DNA of 63,507 nucleotides, filler included, from Chiloscyllium plagiosum (lineage: Eukaryota), in the NCBI RefSeq assembly GCF_004010195.1. It is 4 parts of one record of this genome, joined end to end, with 100 filler letters (N's around TTAATTAATTAA, not from the genome) between each part and the next. Parts side by side here need not be neighbours in the genome. Positions count along the whole stretch, not along the records: positions 59,984 to 63,507 come from NC_057717.1; 3 more parts are not named here. One strand, written 5' to 3'. Positions 63,181 to 63,507 of the stretch are shown piece by piece (positions within the stretch are counted from its first letter, which is position 1; each line of letters begins with the position of its first letter). The notes below the pieces were generated by a model that saw nothing but the letters and a program-made list of their open reading frames with translations, searched no databases and was not told where the DNA came from. A program made the translations under genes and the position numbers.

Positions 63181-63319
63181 ACACATTTGGAAAGAAAAAC
63201 ACACCATCCACATCCCAAGGACACATGAGCAGAGTTGCGGCTCGATTAATGAATTGTGCATTTAACCACGACGACATCGTGATCTTTCGCCATGCATGAA
63301 AAGATCACATGGTACTGCT

Positions 63320-63507
63320 GTGGTTCTGTTCGCCGAGCTAGAAGTTTTTGTTGCAAATGTTTCTTCCCCTGTCTAGGTGACATCCTCAGTGCTTGGGAGC
63401 CTCTTGTGAAGCACTTCTGTGTTGTTTCCTCCGGCATTTATGGTGGCCTGTCCTTGCCGCTTCCGGTTGTCAGTTTCAGCTGTCCGCTGTAGTGGCCGGT
63501 ATATTGG
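63320..63507 (-). mobile_element. Penelope-like terminal repeat, same family as 19470-19726
   Basis: Reverse complement aligns with 19500-19690. Core GCA-CTGAGGA-TGTCACCTAGACAGGGGAA-GAAA-CATTTGC. Confidence 0.85.

Overview
Non-genic, repeat-dense vertebrate genomic DNA that looks like a draft shark/elasmobranch scaffold, judged from HE1/V-SINE and Deu-domain SINEs, many CR1 LINEs, Penelope-like elements and a GPR139-like GPCR. It has many N gaps and three artificial 44N-TTAATTAATTAA-44N joins. I found no intact full-length protein-coding gene. From ~8.5 to 48.7 kb it is a set of segmental duplications: direct copies A (~8559-20908) and B (~21409-36553), plus inverted partial copies at ~37054-39365 and ~42304-48659. 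These carry 31-bp and 38-bp satellites and several heavily decayed minus-strand immunoglobulin-superfamily remnants (NKp30/NCR3-like, CD2/SLAM-like V+C2, and a V-set exon), which I identified by eye and which need HMM confirmation. From ~49.7 to 59.9 kb it is a ~5-kb tandem duplication holding two-exon GPR139-like class A GPCR loci. The downstream copy is a pseudogene; the upstream copy has an intact TATA box and exon 1, with exon 2 expected in an assembly gap. Several Penelope-derived insertions carry hammerhead-ribozyme cores, one as a 143-bp near-perfect palindrome. Identity levels quoted are visual estimates, not computed.
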